This document shows positions 61,406 through 64,000 of a stretch of 64,000 bases of DNA, piece after piece (positions within the stretch are counted from its first letter, which is position 1; each line of letters starts with the position of its first letter). The DNA is from Hydrolagus affinis. Lineage: Eukaryota. A model generated the notes under the pieces. It worked only from the letters and a program-made list of their open reading frames with translations. It ran no database searches and had not been told where the DNA came from. The stretch is taken from contig JAAILG010000781.1 of the NCBI GenBank assembly GCA_012026655.1, positions 1 to 64,000 on the forward strand. The letters run 5' to 3'. The position numbers and the translations under genes are program-made.

Positions 61406-61705
61406 GGGAGACCGAATGGTGTAGTTGGTTTTCATGCTGGCTTTTTACTCCCGGGATTCAGGTTTGAACCCAGCCCAATAGGGGGAAAGTTTCCTCTGTC
61501 TGCTAACTAAAGATCTACATGTAATGAGATTTGGCACTCTCTAGGCAGCTCCAAGCAAACATGGGCTCTCAGCACTCTACAATCTCACTCAGAAGAACCA
61601 GATGGTGACTGTTGTGGGAAGAGAAAATGACATTCTGGTGCTATAGAGGACTCAGTTCTGCAGTTGGGGCTGCAGCCTATTAATGAAGCAAAGTAGAGTG
61701 AGATT
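61406..61705 (+). mobile_element. Degraded tRNA-derived SINE resembling LF-SINE
   Basis: gggagaccgaatggtgtagttgg...gctttttactcccggga ttcaggtttgaacccagccca...atgtaatgagatttgg; resemblance is to the LF-SINE consensus from memory, not aligned. Confidence 0.45.
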
Positions 61706-63119
61706 GAAAATAATAATAATCCTTTAACATCCACCTGAACAGACAGATGGGATCTCAATTTTGCATTTCATCTGAAGGACGTCATCTCCAACAGTACAGC
61801 AGGGGATTGGGGTGTCAAGCTGGACTATTATCTTGAAGTCTTAAAGAGCGCTTCCAACTGACCCATGTCAACATTTTTTAAATCCTGGAAGTATACAATA
61901 TCAACATTGGATGACCAAAATATAAAAATGTTTGCAAATTAATGGCACAAAAAGTTAAACTGAGAAGGTATTAAAATATTTCCACATCAGAAATCAAGAT
62001 ACCATCTCATAAGGTAGAATGAAAAATATGAATTACAATTTTTAGATTTTTTAAATATTTCCTACTTTGGACTACAACCGTCAAAACTGTCCACAAAGTC
62101 AGCTGTTGGTGGAAGGCATGTGTCTTCCAGGCAACAGGGACCAGTTCAATATTTATCAGTCATTCCCTTCCTGCTCTCTATCCACCCCACATGGGAAAAC
62201 CACATTGAGAAATTGCAAGATAATTTGCAAGTAGCATCATAGTCAAATGATTAAACTTGAACTATTCATGGCACTGCTACCAACACATGTTTAAAATTTT
62301 ATAAAATACAATCTTATGTTTAGTTTGAATTGCAAAGAACAGCTGATATAACTGAACTAAAAATTGGTGCCCATAGCGCAGTAAATTTCAAATAATGCAA
62401 GCCTCAATAAACAAAGGTAAGAAAATACATTCTGATTATATATTATATGTTGAAATAAATCTTCAAAGCAGCAGTCTATTATGTTTTTTAAAAACTTTAG
62501 GATCTGTTCTAATTCTCCTTCCTGTATGATGATGTGGCACATTCCATAACCACATTTACTGCATCTTCGAGAAAGAAACCACAGTGCTGCTGAATTTTCA
62601 GTAATATAATTCCAGAACTGATTAAAAAGGTGTCTTCTTTCCTCCCTTCAAGTTTTTTTTTTGTAATGAGCTTCGTATTTAATTCTAGTTTAACAACAAC
62701 CCATCTGGTATGTGATTATTTTTGTTGCAAACAGTCATTAACTACTTTTCAAATCTGTGAAACAGAGGTCTACTGTACACAATGTAATGCTATCCAAGTT
62801 CTATTCAAGCGGATCATTAATCTAAAATACATACTGATTATTACACCATTGGCAAAGCCCAGATTTCCCTTGCTAAAAAACCCTAATTTGTGCACTTGTT
62901 TGCGAGGAATGTTTTTATAGTGAAAACATTTTCCTTAACCATATTATTCTATATCTCACAGTTTCTGATTAATAATTTAATATTCATTTTCAAATTCAAT
63001 TAGATCCAAACCATTACAGTATTATGGATAATGTGGGTTATTTTCACTAGTTATTAAGTGTTATATGGCAGTTCACAGGGATTTTTTTCGGGGTCAGCCA
63101 GGTGTTTGACACATGTGGA

Positions 63120-63230
63120 AATCCATCACGATGCTTAGGAGTATCTTATTGATCATATTCCAATGGCAGGGCAGGCACGAGAAGCCGAATGGCCAACTCC
63201 TGCTCTTTATTTATTATGTTCTTATATGTT
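63120..63230 (+). mobile_element. CR1-type LINE 3' tail
   Basis: aatggcagggcaggcacgagaagccgaatggccaactcctgctctttatttattatgttcttat. Confidence 0.7.
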
Positions 63231-64000
63231 CAAACTAAACTGACAATTCCATGCATCCTAACACATGGAAGGGGGAGAATTGAGTAAATTTCAAGTTATT
63301 ACTCAATCTCTACATATTGGATTTGCCAATGTTGGTTAATATTCTGTGAAGCGCTTGAGACGTCTCGAATATGTGATAAAGCATTGCTTCACATGCAAGG
63401 ATTATTATTAATGTAGTTATCATCATGCTTATACCTATTCTTTAAAACTCTTTGCCATTTTGCTTTTAATGCATCCTCAGTCATTTTTCTAAAGAAAACC
63501 CAACATTCAGCAACTGCAATCCAACCCAAAATAAAAATATTCCAAAGATGCTCTTGCAAAGTTTGCTGAGTTTTGCAGTCAAACACTGCATGATCCAGGA
63601 TCTGGAATCAATGGTTTCTCTGAAAAATTCTATAACGTACATGATGCTGCTCACAAGAGACATTATTTTGGAGGCCATTGCAACCGCACATCCCAAAATC
63701 TCAGCGTAAACTGAAAAATCAACAATAAAAATGTTCCAAGAACAGTACTTCAAGATAAATTGCTTTCTTCTTGGAACTCACATGCTTCAAAACATATAAT
63801 TTTGATTTATTTTAGGCAGGCTCAAAGCATGTTTGTTGCAAGGATTATTTTAGTCCTCTAGACCAAAATCCAAGGGTACAAAATGGCATTAATTAGTTCC
63901 TTCCTAGACTCTGCAAAAAAAAAGATATTTCACACAGTGAATTTATAAACATATTTTCTCGTACACAGATATGCAGCTTATCAACGCTGGTTTTATCCCA

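Overview
Eukaryotic (vertebrate) genomic DNA, probably a cartilaginous fish/chimaera. That is inferred from the tRNA-head/Deu-core/L2-tail SINE family and the CR1 tails, not proven. Left to right: (1) the last two coding exons and a ~3.2 kb 3'UTR of KCNT1 (Slack/Slo2.2, + strand). (2) Two tandem, minus-strand, spliced genes that I reconstructed by hand from GT-AG junctions. Each encodes signal peptide + LRRNT + LRRs + LRRCT + Pro/Thr stalk + one TM helix + a very long low-complexity cytoplasmic tail with no TIR or kinase domain: LRR-A (~1367 aa, 13326-5435) and LRR-B (706 aa, 19918-15389). I cannot assign them a gene symbol. (3) CAMSAP1 (- strand): coding exons from the second coding exon to the stop, two in-frame cassette exons, and a ~5 kb repeat-poor 3'UTR; its first coding exon lies beyond the window. 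KCNT1 and CAMSAP1 are convergent neighbours in human, so the LRR receptor pair between them is the main candidate for an undescribed system. A 100-N gap (28109-28208) lies between the LRR genes and the CAMSAP1 CDS. Many SINE/LINE fragments and one perfect 35-bp inverted repeat are also present.
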